A stretch of DNA of 64,000 nt, from assembly GCA_043228905.1 (NCBI GenBank), contig JBHGNT010000016.1, forward strand, positions 12,338,001 to 12,402,000, in the 5' to 3' direction. The notes beneath the pieces are model-generated. The model was not told the origin of the DNA. It searched no databases and saw nothing but the letters and a program-made list of their open reading frames with translations. Below, piece by piece: positions 22,013-35,600 of this stretch. The position numbers and the translations under genes were made by a program. The DNA is from Azolla caroliniana. Taxonomy: Eukaryota; Plantae; Polypodiophyta. Each line of letters starts with the position of its first letter. The stretch's first letter is position 1.

Positions 22013-25000
22013 TTACGCTTCGTCCAAAATGTCCAGAATGCTTTGCTCCAAAATTTCCAATGGCTCGTCGGGAATCTGTTGTTGTTGTTGTGGCTGTTGC
22101 TGTTGTTCCGTTTGTGGCTGTGGCTGCTGCTCCGTTTGTGGCTGTGGCACCGGCGTTTCCGTCGTTGGTTCCTCCGTCGGAGTTCTCTGTGGCTGACTGA
22201 CCCCGGCTTGTTCCCCCTCTGGTCTTTGCACCGGCGACGGTTCCTCATCACTAAGGTTGACTGTTGCCGCCTTTCGCGCTTTTTCTTCCCGGAGCCGGGA
22301 CCGCTCATAGCTTTCGAACTGGATTTGAGCCTCCAGCCGATCGTCGTCCAGTTGAGCTACGAGTTGTCAGACCTGCACCAATTGTTCATCCGCCAGGGCT
22401 GTGAAATCTTCTACCAGCTCATCCCTTATGGCGGGGAAGTCCTCTGAGGTCAGTGTATAACAGTCGTCACCCTCCTTTCGTCAGTTTTCCACGTCCGCCC
22501 TAAGCAATTGGAGTTCCGTCGTATTCTGCGCCCATTTCGCCCACCAACGCACCGAGCTGTCGTCAATCAAGCTTTTGGTCTTAGTGAGCCATGACCGGAG
22601 GATGCACTGGATCCGTTCGGCTCCCATCTGTGATTTATTTTCTGCGGCTTACCGCTCTTCCTTCAATTGCTTGATTTTGATAGGTTGTTTGCAACCTCTG
22701 TAATACCATTGTCGCTCTTTCCTTGTCTTCATGGTTCTGTTTGTGGAGCTCCATCCGGTCATTCGCCGCTTCCTCCAATAGCCTGGAACTTTCCGCTCGT
22801 TCTTCGGCCAGTGCCGTTGTGGCCCTATCAACTTCTTGCCGGAGCTCGGCCATCCGTTCCTGTTGTTGCTTATGATCCGTCTCTAGCTGCTTGTAGTCCC
22901 GATGCAGATGATCGAAATCATCGATCTTCTGCTTCAGCCTTTGGTTGATCTGCCGGCGCGCGTGGTCCTCCCGGTCCTTCTGTTGCCGGAGCTCTTCCTT
23001 CAGCCTCTCGATTTCCGTTTCCGCCATCCGTCGCAACTTGTCTTTTTCCTGCAGCAATTTCTCTTTTTCCTCCTTCAGCTAGTCGTAAGCATGATGTCCT
23101 TTACGCAAGTTTTCCTTTGCCCAGCGAAGGTTCTCATCAGTCTTTCTTAATTCTTCTTCTGCCGCCTTCTTCAAGTCGCGTTCACGGCTCCGTAATGCTT
23201 CTTGTGCAGCGAGCTCATCTCGTAATTCCGCAAGCTCTTGGGCTTGCGCCGCATCTTTCTCCGGGACAGTTTGTGTCTTCGGGATCTTATTCTTCTGTAC
23301 ATCAACCGGAGTCACCGGTGCTTGGATCTACGTTGCGGTTAAGGCCATTTTGGCCATATCTCCTATTATCCGATCCAAGTCTTGTTCGAGGCACCGGATC
23401 CTTGACCGGGGCGTCTCCAGTTCATCGGTTGTGACGAGCAATCGTTCCGTTTGCGCTCTTTCCTCCGCCTCTATGCATCCGACTACTTCGGCAATTTGGT
23501 CTCCTATCCACCGGAGCCATTGGCTACCGGTGCACTGTTGTTGCGCTTGCACGGAGAGTTGACTAATGGGTTCACTCGCCGGTGGCTGGTCCCGCCATTC
23601 TGCGTCAAGCTGCGCTTCTGGTTCTGCCAGCTGACCACTTTGTCGTTCCGGCTCTGAGTGTGTTTCGGCTAGTCGCCCCTTGTCTGCTTGTTCTTGGCCG
23701 GTTGGGGCGGTTGGCTTTTGTATATCCGGCTCTTGGGTGACGGGGCTTGCCGGTGCTGCCTGTTGTGCCGGGACCTCTGTGACCGGTTCCATCCGAACCG
23801 ATTCCGGTGCCTCCCTTGGCGTGGGTTGCTCAGTGTGAGTTGCGGGCGTTCCATCCTTCTGTGGGTCCGAATGCTTCCCGACTAATTCAGCGGTGCTCTT
23901 CACCGGCCGCCGCTGGAGGTGCTCCGTGGGTTCTTCCTCCATTTCTTCCACCCGAGTTCCGGCATTCATTCTTGCCGCCAGGGTGTTCGTTTCCTATTGC
24001 ACCGGTCGCTGGAGTGGGCTCTTCAAGGGCCGTGTCGGTGTCTCCTCACTTGCATCCGTCGACCGCTTCTGGTTGGCGCGCTCCTTCGCCGCCTTCTCTG
24101 CGTCAGTAGTCTTCCCCTTAGTGGCCTTCGAGGCCAACAGTTGTTGTCGTTTCGAAGCAAGTTTCAGGGTGCCGTCCGTTGCTCTTCCCCGCTTCTTGGT
24201 TTGGACGGGCTCGACCAGTGGTGCCAACAGGGTGAGCCATTGTGTCACCGCATGCCATATTTTCCGGCCTTCCTTTCCGTCCGTTCCTCTCACTATATCA
24301 ATCGCCGTACTCAGCCCGTCGGCGATCAGCACCAGCCAATCTACCTTGACCCCTTCGTACGTTGCGATGATCAAGCATGCTCGGTTCTTAGGCATGACAG
24401 GGGGTCGAGGGTACATGTGGCCAAACTCATGGAGCACCCGGGCAATTTCACGGAATAGCATATCTTCGCCGCCCTGTGTCCTGTAGCCCTTGCTGGCTAG
24501 AGAGTACTCACCGAAGTATTTGATGAGTTGCTCGGTGGTAGGATTGTCGATCGTGTAGATGCCTCCCTCCGGAAGGCCTATTAACGCACGGATTGCCTCC
24601 TCCGTGATCACCTCTGTGTCGATTTATTTTATAATCTTTTTGGCCTCCTTGTGTGGCGCCGCCTCCATGATCGTTAAGAAACCCTCCAGACCGTGCTGCC
24701 GTAACCATTTCTTGGCGGCTTCAGACAGCGTTTGGCAGTCCATCTCTGCGTCGAGGTCGGAGAGCGTTGGCGAGGTTTGATGTTGGGGAGAGTGTGAGAG
24801 AGAAAGTTCTGAGGGAGGGGGTTCTCTGTGTGCGATGTCGTGAAATACGAAAGCTTCACATTAAAAGTCTACAATAAGATAAATACGTAACTAAAATAAC
24901 ATTTGATAATGTTTTATATATAAAGATAATATTAACAACACATATGATAATATTAGATATATGTAAAGAAAAATAATATATATATATATATATAGACAGA

Positions 25001-25950
25001 TAGATAAATATATTATATTACACGAACAAGAGAGGACTTGAACCAATAACCCCACCCTATGACTCTCAAATCTTACCATTTACTCTATACTAGTAATATA
25101 CATAAAATAAAGCATACTTTATATTACATAAAGGATTTACTTCATGATATAAAAATAAAGTTGTATATTGTATTCAATAGTATTTTGAGACTCGAAACCA
25201 CAACCTCATACACCAAAGTCAACACACCTACCATTAGGCTAGGTCCTTTCTCTTTAAGATTATATTTTTATGTTTATTGTTATTGCATATATTGTTTCAT
25301 ACATAAAAGCTCAAATGAGCGAGATGTTAATCATGCATCACATGTAATGCATGAACGCCAAATGGCGATCATGCATCACATGCATGTCTTGTACCCTCCA
25401 ATGCATCATATGCATGGGGGCACCTATTTAAAGGGTGAAAGAGAAGATCAAAAGGGGGAAGAGGTATGAGATATCAATCAAATTATGTATTACATAAGAG
25501 ATACCATAAAAATAGAGAAAGAAGGGAAGAAGTTGAATATAAACATGGAGCTCTAGCTTAGCGGTCGTGGTGGTCAATTCTCAACAAGGGGGAGGCGGTT
25601 CGAGCCTTATCTTCATCAAAATATTGAAGTGAAGATTGTAGTGGTCTACGATCAAGAAAGAGAAGAGTGATTGATTACCTTGCAAGACAAAGTTTGGAGG
25701 TTCAACGACGTGCATAATCATTTTGTAACTCTTTCATGAAAATGATTATAAATTTCATACACTTTCTCATATATTATTTTATATCTTATCTTGTCTTATC
25801 TTATATTCCTTAAAAAATCTTATTTTGCCATATCTTATTGATCTCTATTCACTCCATCTCTACTCTTTCGTCTCTTCCGTCCATAATCCCAGTGACTCCT
25901 TCCTCACTTTCACGTTATCCTTTGTGTGCGCAACGCTACGCTTCTAGGCG
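22013..25950 (-). pseudogene. Extra (env-position) ORF of Gypsy-E, fragmented
   Basis: ORF pieces 23994-24611, 23328-23969, 23079-23315, 22635-23057 and 22013-22231 are collinear with the Gypsy-F extra ORF (YFGEYS..SKxYRTQGG, AxYEGxxxDW, QWLRW, coiled coil, LDILDE end). Confidence 0.8.
24860..25847. mobile_element. ~1 kb AT-rich non-coding insertion with subterminal inverted repeats and tRNA-like A/B boxes
   Basis: Interrupts the Gypsy-E extra ORF with duplicated TTCAC (24855-24859 / 25848-25852). Inverted repeat CAATAAGATA (24872) / TATCTTATTG (25831-25840). Removing the insert restores DGVKLSYF, which aligns to EGLTFYEF in Gypsy-F. Confidence 0.7.
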
Positions 25951-28900
25951 AGCCACGTCCCGACAGCGAGCTCTCTACGATTTATCTTCACACATCACTC
26001 TGCGTCTGTTCTCCTTGGTTCGCGATAGGAGAAGGTCTCGATGCGTGGGGGTTTTTCTCTCTGCATCTTGGCTCCTTTTTCGAGCCTCCGCATGTGCAGG
26101 TCGTGTACTATAATAGCATTGCGTGCCATGTGGCGATGGTTTAATGTCCTATTCATAGCTCCTCGTACCTTTTCTACGTGCCTCTTTACTCCTTGTGTGC
26201 ATGGCCATTTCCACCACTCCTTTCCATGATTTATTTGATTCGCTCCTTTTTTCTTTTCTTTTTCTTTTTTTATAACTTACTTGTGTGGTTAGTTTTTCTT
26301 CGGTCCTGTCGGACCTTTGCCCGAAGCGTGAAACTTGCCAGCCTCTTGACGATTTGCCGTCGTTCTGCTCTCCCCGGTTGCCGGCTCATGCTCCTCCTTA
26401 CTGGCTTGGTGGTAGCCCTCGTCTTCACCAGTTGCCGTTATGGTTGGCATGCCGGCGTCTGCTTCGGTGGCGGCCTTTCGTTCAAATGGGTTCTTAGGCA
26501 TAGGTCCTTTATATGGTTTTAGTCTAAATCCGTTGACCCATTTGCCCAGCACTTCTCCGGCAAGTGTCCCCAACTGGTAGGACCCATTGAACTCGCGTGT
26601 GATCCAGTACGGTCCGGTCCATCTAAACTGTAGTTTACCTGGCATTTTTCCCATCCAGGTTTGGAACATGAGTACCGGCTTGCTGGTCCCGAACATCTTT
26701 TCGTTTCCCTTCCGGTGCCCATCTATAAATGCTTTCGTTCTTGGTTGTTCCAATTCCAGGTGCATAATGCTCGCCAGTCGATGTTCTTCCAGTTCACACA
26801 GAGCCTTTAACCGAATTGCCTCTGATTCCTTTTCGTTCAATTGTTCCCGAATCTGAATCTATAAGCTTGGTACCTGGAACTCGACCGGCATGACAGCCTC
26901 CAATCTGAATGCTAATCGGAACGGTGTTGTCCGGATGCTTGTTTTGTACGCTGTCCGGTAAGCCTAGAGTGCACTGTGCAGCTTCGTATCCCAATCTGTC
27001 CGATTTTCATTGAAGATCTTCCGGAGGATATTCTGGAGCGTTTTGTTCGTCGACTCAGCTAACCCATTTGCTTGCAGATAGTACGGTGTGCTTCGTTTAT
27101 GTACTACCGCATAGAACGTCGTCAAAATTTCTACCACCTATCCAAGAAAGTGCCCTCCTTGGTCGCTTATCAGCTCTATGGGGCATCCGTACCGGCACCG
27201 AATGCATTCGTATAAGAATTTCGGCGTTGACGCCGCGGTGTTGTCTCGTACCGCTTTCGCTTCCACCCACTTAGTGCAGTAATCCGTTGCGACGATCACA
27301 TACCAGTTGCCGGTTCTCATTGCCGGTGGTTTAAATGGCCCGACGAAATCCAGCCCCCATTTCTAGAATGGTTCTAGTGGTAGGACTGGCTGGTGTGGCA
27401 TCCGAGCTTGTTCCGTTGCCTGACCCATTCGTTGGCATAGATCGCACTCCTTCGCATACCGAATTGCATCTTTCAATGTGGTCGGCCACCATAGGCCACT
27501 TTGCCATACTTTCCTTTCCGTTGCATCTCCGACATAATGGCCTCCGGCGACTCCGCAGTGTGCCTCCCGTAGTATTACCTCCTTCTCGTCGCTGCGCACC
27601 GCTCGTCGCCAGATACTGTCCGCACCTTTGTGGTATAGCGTGTCCTGTAATAAACAGAAGTGTCGGCTCTATACCGCCAGGCGTTTTCTCTCATCCCGGT
27701 TCATCTCCTCCGGAGGCAATCTGGTACTCAGAAACTAGTGCATATTAGTTAGCCACTTATCTTCTTGTGCCACCGTTTCATCTGTTGCCGTTTCCGTGGT
27801 TACTCAAAAAAGCTCTGCATCCGGAAACTCATCCGGTACTCCGTCACCTATCTCCGCGGAATCTAACCGGCTTAGAAAATCTGCTACTGCATGCTATATG
27901 CCGGGTTGGTGGAATATCTCAAATTCGAACTCTTGCAACAACAAAGTCCACCGGGCCAACTTAACGGTAAGTGACGTTTTGGATACTAGGTAGAGGAGTG
28001 CCGAATGATCTACATGGAAGGAGAACTTTCTTCCCAATAAATAATGCCTGAATTTTGTTACACTGTAGATCATTCCTAAAGCTTCCCTTTCCGTGGTAGA
28101 ATAATTTCATTCCGCTTGGGATAGCTTCCGGTTGGCATAGTACACTGGCCGGTACCACCTTGGCTCGGTAAGCTGCATGAGCGCGCTGCTGATTGCGATA
28201 TCGGAAGCGTCCACGAACTCATGAAACTCTTTACTCCAATCCGGAGGCTGCACTACCGGTGCTTGTGACAATAACACCTTTAGTGCCCGGTACGTCTTGT
28301 CTTCGATGTTGGTCCATTGGAACGGTGTTCGATGTACTGCCGCATGCAGAGGTGTAGCCAGGTCTACCAAATATCGGAGCATACGGCTATGCCAGCGGAT
28401 TTGTCCTAGGAAACGGCTCAATGCCTTTGCCATTGTTGGTGCCGGTGCTTCCAGGATTGCTTTCACTTTGTCCGGATCTACGGCAATGCCTTCCTTGCTC
28501 ACTATATGCCCTAGTAGCATTCCGTTGGACACTCCAAATACACACTTCGCCGGATTCAGGCTTAGCCGATACGTCCTACACTTCTCTAGACATAGTCTGA
28601 GATGCTGCAAATGATCTTCTTCTCTGCTATAGACGGCGAAGTCGTCAAGGAAAACCTGCATAAAAGCCGGTATGTATTTGCCAAAGATCTCCATGATGAT
28701 CCGTTGGAATGTTGCTGGTGCCGTTTTCAGCCCGAACATCATCACCATCGCAACAAACACTCCCCATTCGGTGACGAAAGTTGTTTTCTTTTGATCCTCA
28801 GGGTGCATCCGGATCTAATTATACCCAATGAATCCGTCTAAGAAACTGTAGACTTCATGGCCGGCGACGGCATCCAAAACTCCATTCGTAAACGGAAGTG

Positions 28901-31900
28901 GAAATGCATCTGTTACCGTTGCCGCATTCAGCTTCCGGTAGTCGACACAAACTCTAATTTTGCCGTTCTTTTTCGGTACGACTACGATTGGGCTCAGCCA
29001 TGTAGATTTCTTTACGGGACAGATGAAGCCAACCCTCAACAATTTGTCGATATCCTCCTTGACTTTGGCGGCGTAGTTTGGGTTCATCCGGTACCGACGT
29101 TGTGCTATCGGCTTGGCGTCTTTGCTCAGATGTATCTGGTGCTGATACAACTGAGGATCCAGGCCTCTCATATCCTCGTAAGACCAAGCAAATACGTCGC
29201 AAAACTCGTTGAGGAGTGTAATTATCGCCGTTTTGTTCTCTACATTCATTTCTTTGGCGATGTGCACCGGTTTTGCTTCCTCCGCCATTCCTAGATCTAC
29301 CTCTTCTAATTGGGACGCTTTTACGCGATGGGATACGGCCATTTCCCTTTCCAACGCCTCCTGCGCATGCCGTAACTCCCGGATTGCTTCTTTATCTGGT
29401 TTCGCTTCGTTTCTGTCCGGTTGCAGTAAGTAGGGTGATACCGCTTCGGCGACGTCAATTTCGAATAGGGGTACAATCTTCGGGTTCTCCAGCAAGTACT
29501 ACTCTTCTTATTCGTCTGCTAATCCTTCCAGCATATTGACACACTCCGCATATAACGGTGTCAGATCCTTGCCGGTGCCCTTCCTTGGTTGTGTTGGTAC
29601 CCGTACCTTCGCTTTTCCCTACCGAAACGTAATCATATTCCTCCTCCAGTTCTGCTTGATATGTGTCGTCTTTAACCAAGGGCGTCCCAACAATAATGGG
29701 TACGCTCCTCGAGCCTGCAACTGGAGAACTACGGCTGAGATTCGGAATGTGTGGCCCCCGATGGTTACTTCCAAGTCCCGTATTAATCCTGTCGGTCGCA
29801 CTCAGCTTGTGTCTGCCATTCGGAGCCAGAACGGACATGGCTCCCACTCTTGGATTCCAAGAGCATTGCACGTCCAGAGGCTTATCACATTAACGCCGGA
29901 GCCTCCGTCTATTATCGTGTCGGGGAGTTCTTTCCCTTTCACAATGGTCGTAATTGCCGGACTGTTGGTGTCCACCACCACCGATCCCTCCTCCGGATTT
30001 GAGAAGAATGCCGGAGCCGGTGGTGTTCCGCCTGTCGTCATGCCGAACTTGAGTCCTTCTGTGAATCTTGGTACTAGCTGCAAGAGTCGTCCTAACGGCA
30101 GCGTGATCTGGCATTCCTGCAATACCTGCCATGTCGCATTTTCAGACTGACTGCCGCCGGCGAGCTCTTCGGTGTTCTCCTTCTGTTTTTTTTTTAAGCG
30201 AGTTCTGCTACGTTTCGCTCATTGGCCTTTTTCACCCATTCCGTTGCCTGTTTCCGGATGGCCTCTTGTGTCTCCCATTCCATAGTCTTCCCCGTCGACC
30301 TTGTGGTGACCTGCTAGAGGTCTGCGACTTCGGCGACTACCATGTTTACTACCGGTCGCTTATCATAGCTTTTTGCCAGACATTGATTACTATAATGTCC
30401 TTCTTGTCGGCAGTAATAGCAATATGCTTTCCGGGTGTTGCTGGATTCGGCATTGTTTCCTGTACCCGGTGGAGGACTTGTGGTAATCGTGGGGCTTTGG
30501 TCTGGTTTGCTGCTTGAGGCGCCTTTTTCCAGTTCACGTGGGTGGCTCCCGTTTTTGACATGCCGTTTTTTATTAAAGTTCCTTTTGTTCCGGTACCCTT
30601 GCCGGGGTTGGTCGTCATACCTCCCGTAATCTTCCCGTCGTTGGTGATACCCGGGGGAGTGATCCCGGTTGTGATGCTCGTACCATCCATTGTAATCTCG
30701 GTACTTGTCATATCTCTTGTATCGGTCATAATTGTCTCGCAGATTGTCGTACCGGACATCTTGTGCCGGTCGATATCGCTCCTCTCGTCGCCAGCGTTCG
30801 TCTTCTTCATCTTGGCTGCTACGTGGCTCGATTTGCCGGACTGGTGGAGCTTGCCGATTCAATAAGTTATATTCGCACCGGTCCATCGTGTGGCTCGTAG
30901 ATTGGCAGAGTAAGCAGTGCGTCTGCATGGTGCACTCCAGTGATGAGTGTCCGGAATTCAAGCAGGTCGTGCATTGGATTGCTTGCCGGAAACGGAGATC
31001 CTCATCGGTTGGTAATGCTCGTTGGAGGGCTCCCATTGTTAGCCAAGAGCTCGTTTTCTCCATTTCTCTAACCCGGTCGATGACCTGGTCGACGGTGCTT
31101 GTGCGAAACTTGATGACCGTGCATACCGTTCGTAGATGTTCCCGGAGCGCGGCTAAAAATATAGCCCGCGTTTCTTCCTCCGGAGGTGCGCGGGTAAGCT
31201 GACTGTGCATCCGTTGAAACCAAATGACAAACTGTGGGATGCTCTCCCCGGAGTCCTGCCGAATCGTATAAAATAAGCCCACCATTTCTCACTGATCCAC
31301 CTCCTTCTGGAAGAAGTGCAAGAATTTTTCTTTGAGGTCCGCAAAGGTGGTGATGGTGCTGCGATCCTGCGTCCAGTGCCATCTGGCGGCCGGTCCTTCT
31401 AATGTCACGCCGAATTTGGCTATTTTAGATCGTTCCTCTTCTATTGCGGTTAACCGTTGTGACACATGGTTTGCTTCCCATGTTTGTTCAAACGCATGAA
31501 CATGAGCCTCCGCATCCGGGTCATCCCGATACTTGGAGTACTGGAATGGCATATCCTCGTCCGGTGTCGGTATGCGGCTTGGCGGTGTCGGTGGTCTTTC
31601 CTGTTGTTCCGTCGGCGTCTGAGGTCTTTGCCGGTCTTCCTTTGGTGTTGCCGGCTCGACTTCCGGTGTTGGAGGTTTTTGCCAGTGCACTTCCGTCTCC
31701 GGAGGTTGCTCCACGACGAGTGTCGGAGGTTCTCGGTCTGCCAACTCTGGTTCCGGTGTTGGTAAGGTATCTGACTACTCGTCCTTCGGTCCTCCTAGGG
31801 TGTCGTTACTGCTGCGATAGTTCGTATGCGCGTTGTAACCCCCTTCCGAAACTGATTCCAGCGCTGAAAATGCTTCGGATTCACCGTCTCTTCTAGCCAA

Positions 31901-32649
31901 GGCCTGGAGAAGGGTTCCCGCTTCCCGGAGGCTGCTTAAGCTGCTTCCTTCGTCCGGGTAGGCGTTTTGTTGCAGACGGAGCGACTCCTTCGCCACTTTC
32001 CGGATCACTTTGGAAAATGATCGATCCGTTCGGATTTCTTCCGCTGCTTGCTGGAAAGCCTCTCGCCGCCGTCTCCGTTCAGCAAGTCTTCGTGCTCTTT
32101 CCGTAACCAGGTCGTCTGTTGGCCTAGTCATCCATTCCTGCCGCTGTTCACTGCGATTATGCAGGAATCGTGGTCGCCAAAAACTGTGTTATTGCTAGGG
32201 CCGGTGTTGGCCGGTCAGAAGAGCAAGGACAAGTGGGAAGGCAGAATCGGATCGGATAATAGGAAGTAAATAATAGCAAAATTATTATTCGGAGGGACGG
32301 ATCTGGTACAGTTGTACCGATCCGGATCTGGACCGATTCGGATGTCGGTTGCCTAAGCGCACCAATTGTAACCTTGCCGGATGCCTATAAAAGGATTCGA
32401 TGATTTGTAAAGGGTTTTTTTAACGGAAGTAATACAAAAGTAATTATTGCGTGTTTATCTGTATCCCGTATTGTTTACCGTCTGTGCTTAATTGTAATCA
32501 TCTTACGCGTGTAACCTAGCATCCAATCCTTACCACCCCTTTAGAGAAGTGTCGGATAGACACCTGTGTTGAGGCTAGTCCGGCCAGACAGACAACACTA
32601 TTTTGGCGACCACGACTCCTGCAAAGTGCAGAGGACAACCGGGGGATGG

Positions 32650-35600
32650 ATGTCTAGACCAAACGACGACCACATCACCGAACGAGGGAGACGATACACC
32701 GAACGCGAGCAACGACGGGAGGCCCTGCAGCAAGCTGTCGACGAGATCCGGCGGGATCGGTCATTCTCCAAAACTCTTCGGAGAGTCGCAGAAGAAGCAC
32801 TGCAGTTCCGGGTTCTGCAAATCCCCGACGAAGGCAGTAGCATAACAAGCCTGCAAGAGGCGGAAACGATACTGCAGACGCTCGCCGCGGGCGACGGGGA
32901 CTCGGAAGCATTCGCAACACTTGAGGCGGAGTCGGAAAGCGACGGAAGCGTTGCATCCCGGTATAAAAGTAGCCACGACACACCAAACGACCGGGAGGAC
33001 GAGGGGTCGGAAGACTCAGTAACACCGGCGCCAGAGGAAGAAATAACCCTGGAATTCGGTGACCGGCAATCGCCGAGGAAGGCTGACCGGATACCGACAA
33101 CAACCGCGAAGGAACCGAAGGAGCGGATACCGACAACACCCGCGGAGGAACCGAAGGAGCGGATACCGAAAACACCCGCGGAGGAACCAACGGACCGGAC
33201 ACCGGCAACACCCGCGGAGGAACCAAAGGTTCTCACACCAACGCTAACAGCAGACAGAGAGTGGAGGAAACAGGAGAGTCAGTTGGACGACACGATGCCG
33301 TACCCATACCCAAAGTACCGGGATGAGGCCGACGGTGTACGCATTCCTCCAAACATGGGAAGCCAACCATATCTCCCAAAGACTGACGGAGCCCGAAGCC
33401 GAACGATCCAAAGTCGTCGAATTCGGCATAACCTTAGAAGGACCGGCGGCCCAATGGCACGCAAAGCACTTACCGGGCAGCTTTGCCACATTCGATGCCT
33501 TGAAGGCCAGATTCCTCAGGTTTTTTCACAGACAATTTGAGCAAAGGGAATTGGTCGGGCAGTTCTACACCACCCGGCAGGAAGAGAACGAGACTGTGCC
33601 ACAATTCATTATTCGGTTCCAGAACCTGCACAGCCAACTAACAAGAGCACCACCCGAAGACGAAGCCAAAGCAGTCTTTTTGGCCGCACTAAAAGAGCCA
33701 CTTCGAACAATGTGCGGAGTCCTTGATTTCCAAACCAGCACAATGGACCAAGTTATTGATCGGGTTTTAGAAATGGAAAAGACTAGCCCCTTCTTGTCGA
33801 TGGGGATGTTACACCGGGCACTCCTAAAGGAGGAAGACCTGAGGTTCCGACAGGCCTTACAATGTACAACATGCCTAAATTCGGGGCACTCAACAGTAGA
33901 CTGCACCTTGCGGACACAATGTGTGATCTGCAACTCTCGAGCCCATACAACGGACCGATGCGAATATAACCTGTTAAATCGGCAGGCAGCACCGGTTCGA
34001 CACATAGAACCGCGCAATCAGAACCCGGACGAGGATCGATTCCGGAGAGACGACCACTACCAACGCGAACGTGGTAACAGATACGCTGATAGAAGACGCG
34101 ACAACTATGACCGAGAGGAGAGACGCAGAGATAGCTACCCCCGGGACCGGTACGACAGAGACGAATCCCCGGAAGACAACCGACGCAGAGAAGAGAGGCG
34201 ACAAGGATACGTTGATAGAAGACGCGACAACTATGACCGAGAGGAGAGACGCAAAGATAGCTACCCCCGGGACCGGTACGACCGAGACGAATCCCCGGAA
34301 TACGACCGACGCAGAGAAGAGAGGCGACAAGGGAACCGAAATTTCCGACGGAATCAGAAGCGTGGATTTTTCCGAAGAGAGGAACGTCGGGAGGCAGCAA
34401 GGAATGACAACCCGGTATCGGTACCGGATAACCGAAAAACCGATGACGACCGCCGGAGCATACCCACCCTCCAAACCGGGGACAAAGGAGAAACGAGCAA
34501 CAGTCACAAGGTGTACTGTTATTACTGTCGTAAGGAAGGCCACTATAGTAACCAATGCCCAAGCAAAAGCTATGACAAGCAGCCGGAAGTCAACATGGTT
34601 ACAGCCGAAATAACAGAAGTACAGCAGGTCACAACCCAGTCAAAGGGAAAGATCGCCGAGTGGGAAGCCCAGGAGGCAATCAGAAAACAAGCGACACAAT
34701 GGATCAAGGAGGCCAATGAACAGAATGCGGCAGAAGTAAGAGACCAAAATATGCCAAAAGACGAAGAAATCATACAGCCAGGAGAAAACCCGACGTGGCA
34801 AGCGCTACAGGACTGTCAAATCGTGCTGCCGTTAGCACGACTACTACAGTTAGTGCCACGATTTACGGCAGACCTACAGGCATCCGTCAGCAAACCGAAG
34901 TCGATGCCAGCACCGACATTCTTCTCCAACCCGGAGGAAGGACCAGCGGTGGTCGATACAAGTAGCCCGGCGATCACGGCAATCGTGAAAGGAAAGGAAA
35001 TTGCTGGAACGATTATTGACGGAGGCTCCGGGGTAAATGTCATCAGCCAACAAACATGCAACGACCTGGGCATCCGGGAATGGGAACCATGCCCCTTCTG
35101 GTTACGCATAGCGGATGCTAGCTCAGTCCGACCGACCGGGCTTATCTGGGATTTGGAAGTAACGATCAGAGGCCACGTATTCCGGATATCGGCCGTGGTG
35201 CTCCAGCTGAATGTACAAGGCGCGTACCCCCTACTGCTAGGACGACCATGGCTGCGAACGGCGCATATCAAGCAGAACTGGCAAAAGAACATGATCACAT
35301 TCCGGCGAGGGAAAACAAAGGTACGAGTAACGACGCAACCACGGGTGATCACCAGTAAGGAAGCAACTCCATTGTATGCGGAAAGCATTAACATGTTGGA
35401 GGGATTACCGGACGAGGAAGTCGAGCGGTACCTCGAGGAACACCCACGAATCGTCCCACTATTTGAGGTGGATATCACGGCGGCAGTAGAACCGTACATT
35501 ACGACGTCGGAAGAACCGGACCAAGCGGCGATCCGGGAACTGCGACAAGCGCAGGAATCCCTAGAGAGGGAAATGACGATATCCCAGAGGGTGAAAGCAT

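Noticed and set aside
21923-22447. Hydrophobic or Cys-rich ORFs (LLLLWLLL, CCCCCGCC) suggesting env or metallothionein
   Set aside because: These are antisense translations of the Q/P-rich CAA/CAG repeats at the end of the Gypsy-E extra ORF.
33320-33350. Programmed ribosomal frameshift in Gypsy-F gag
   Set aside because: There is no slippery heptamer, and alignment to Gypsy-E shows a simple 11-nt deletion.
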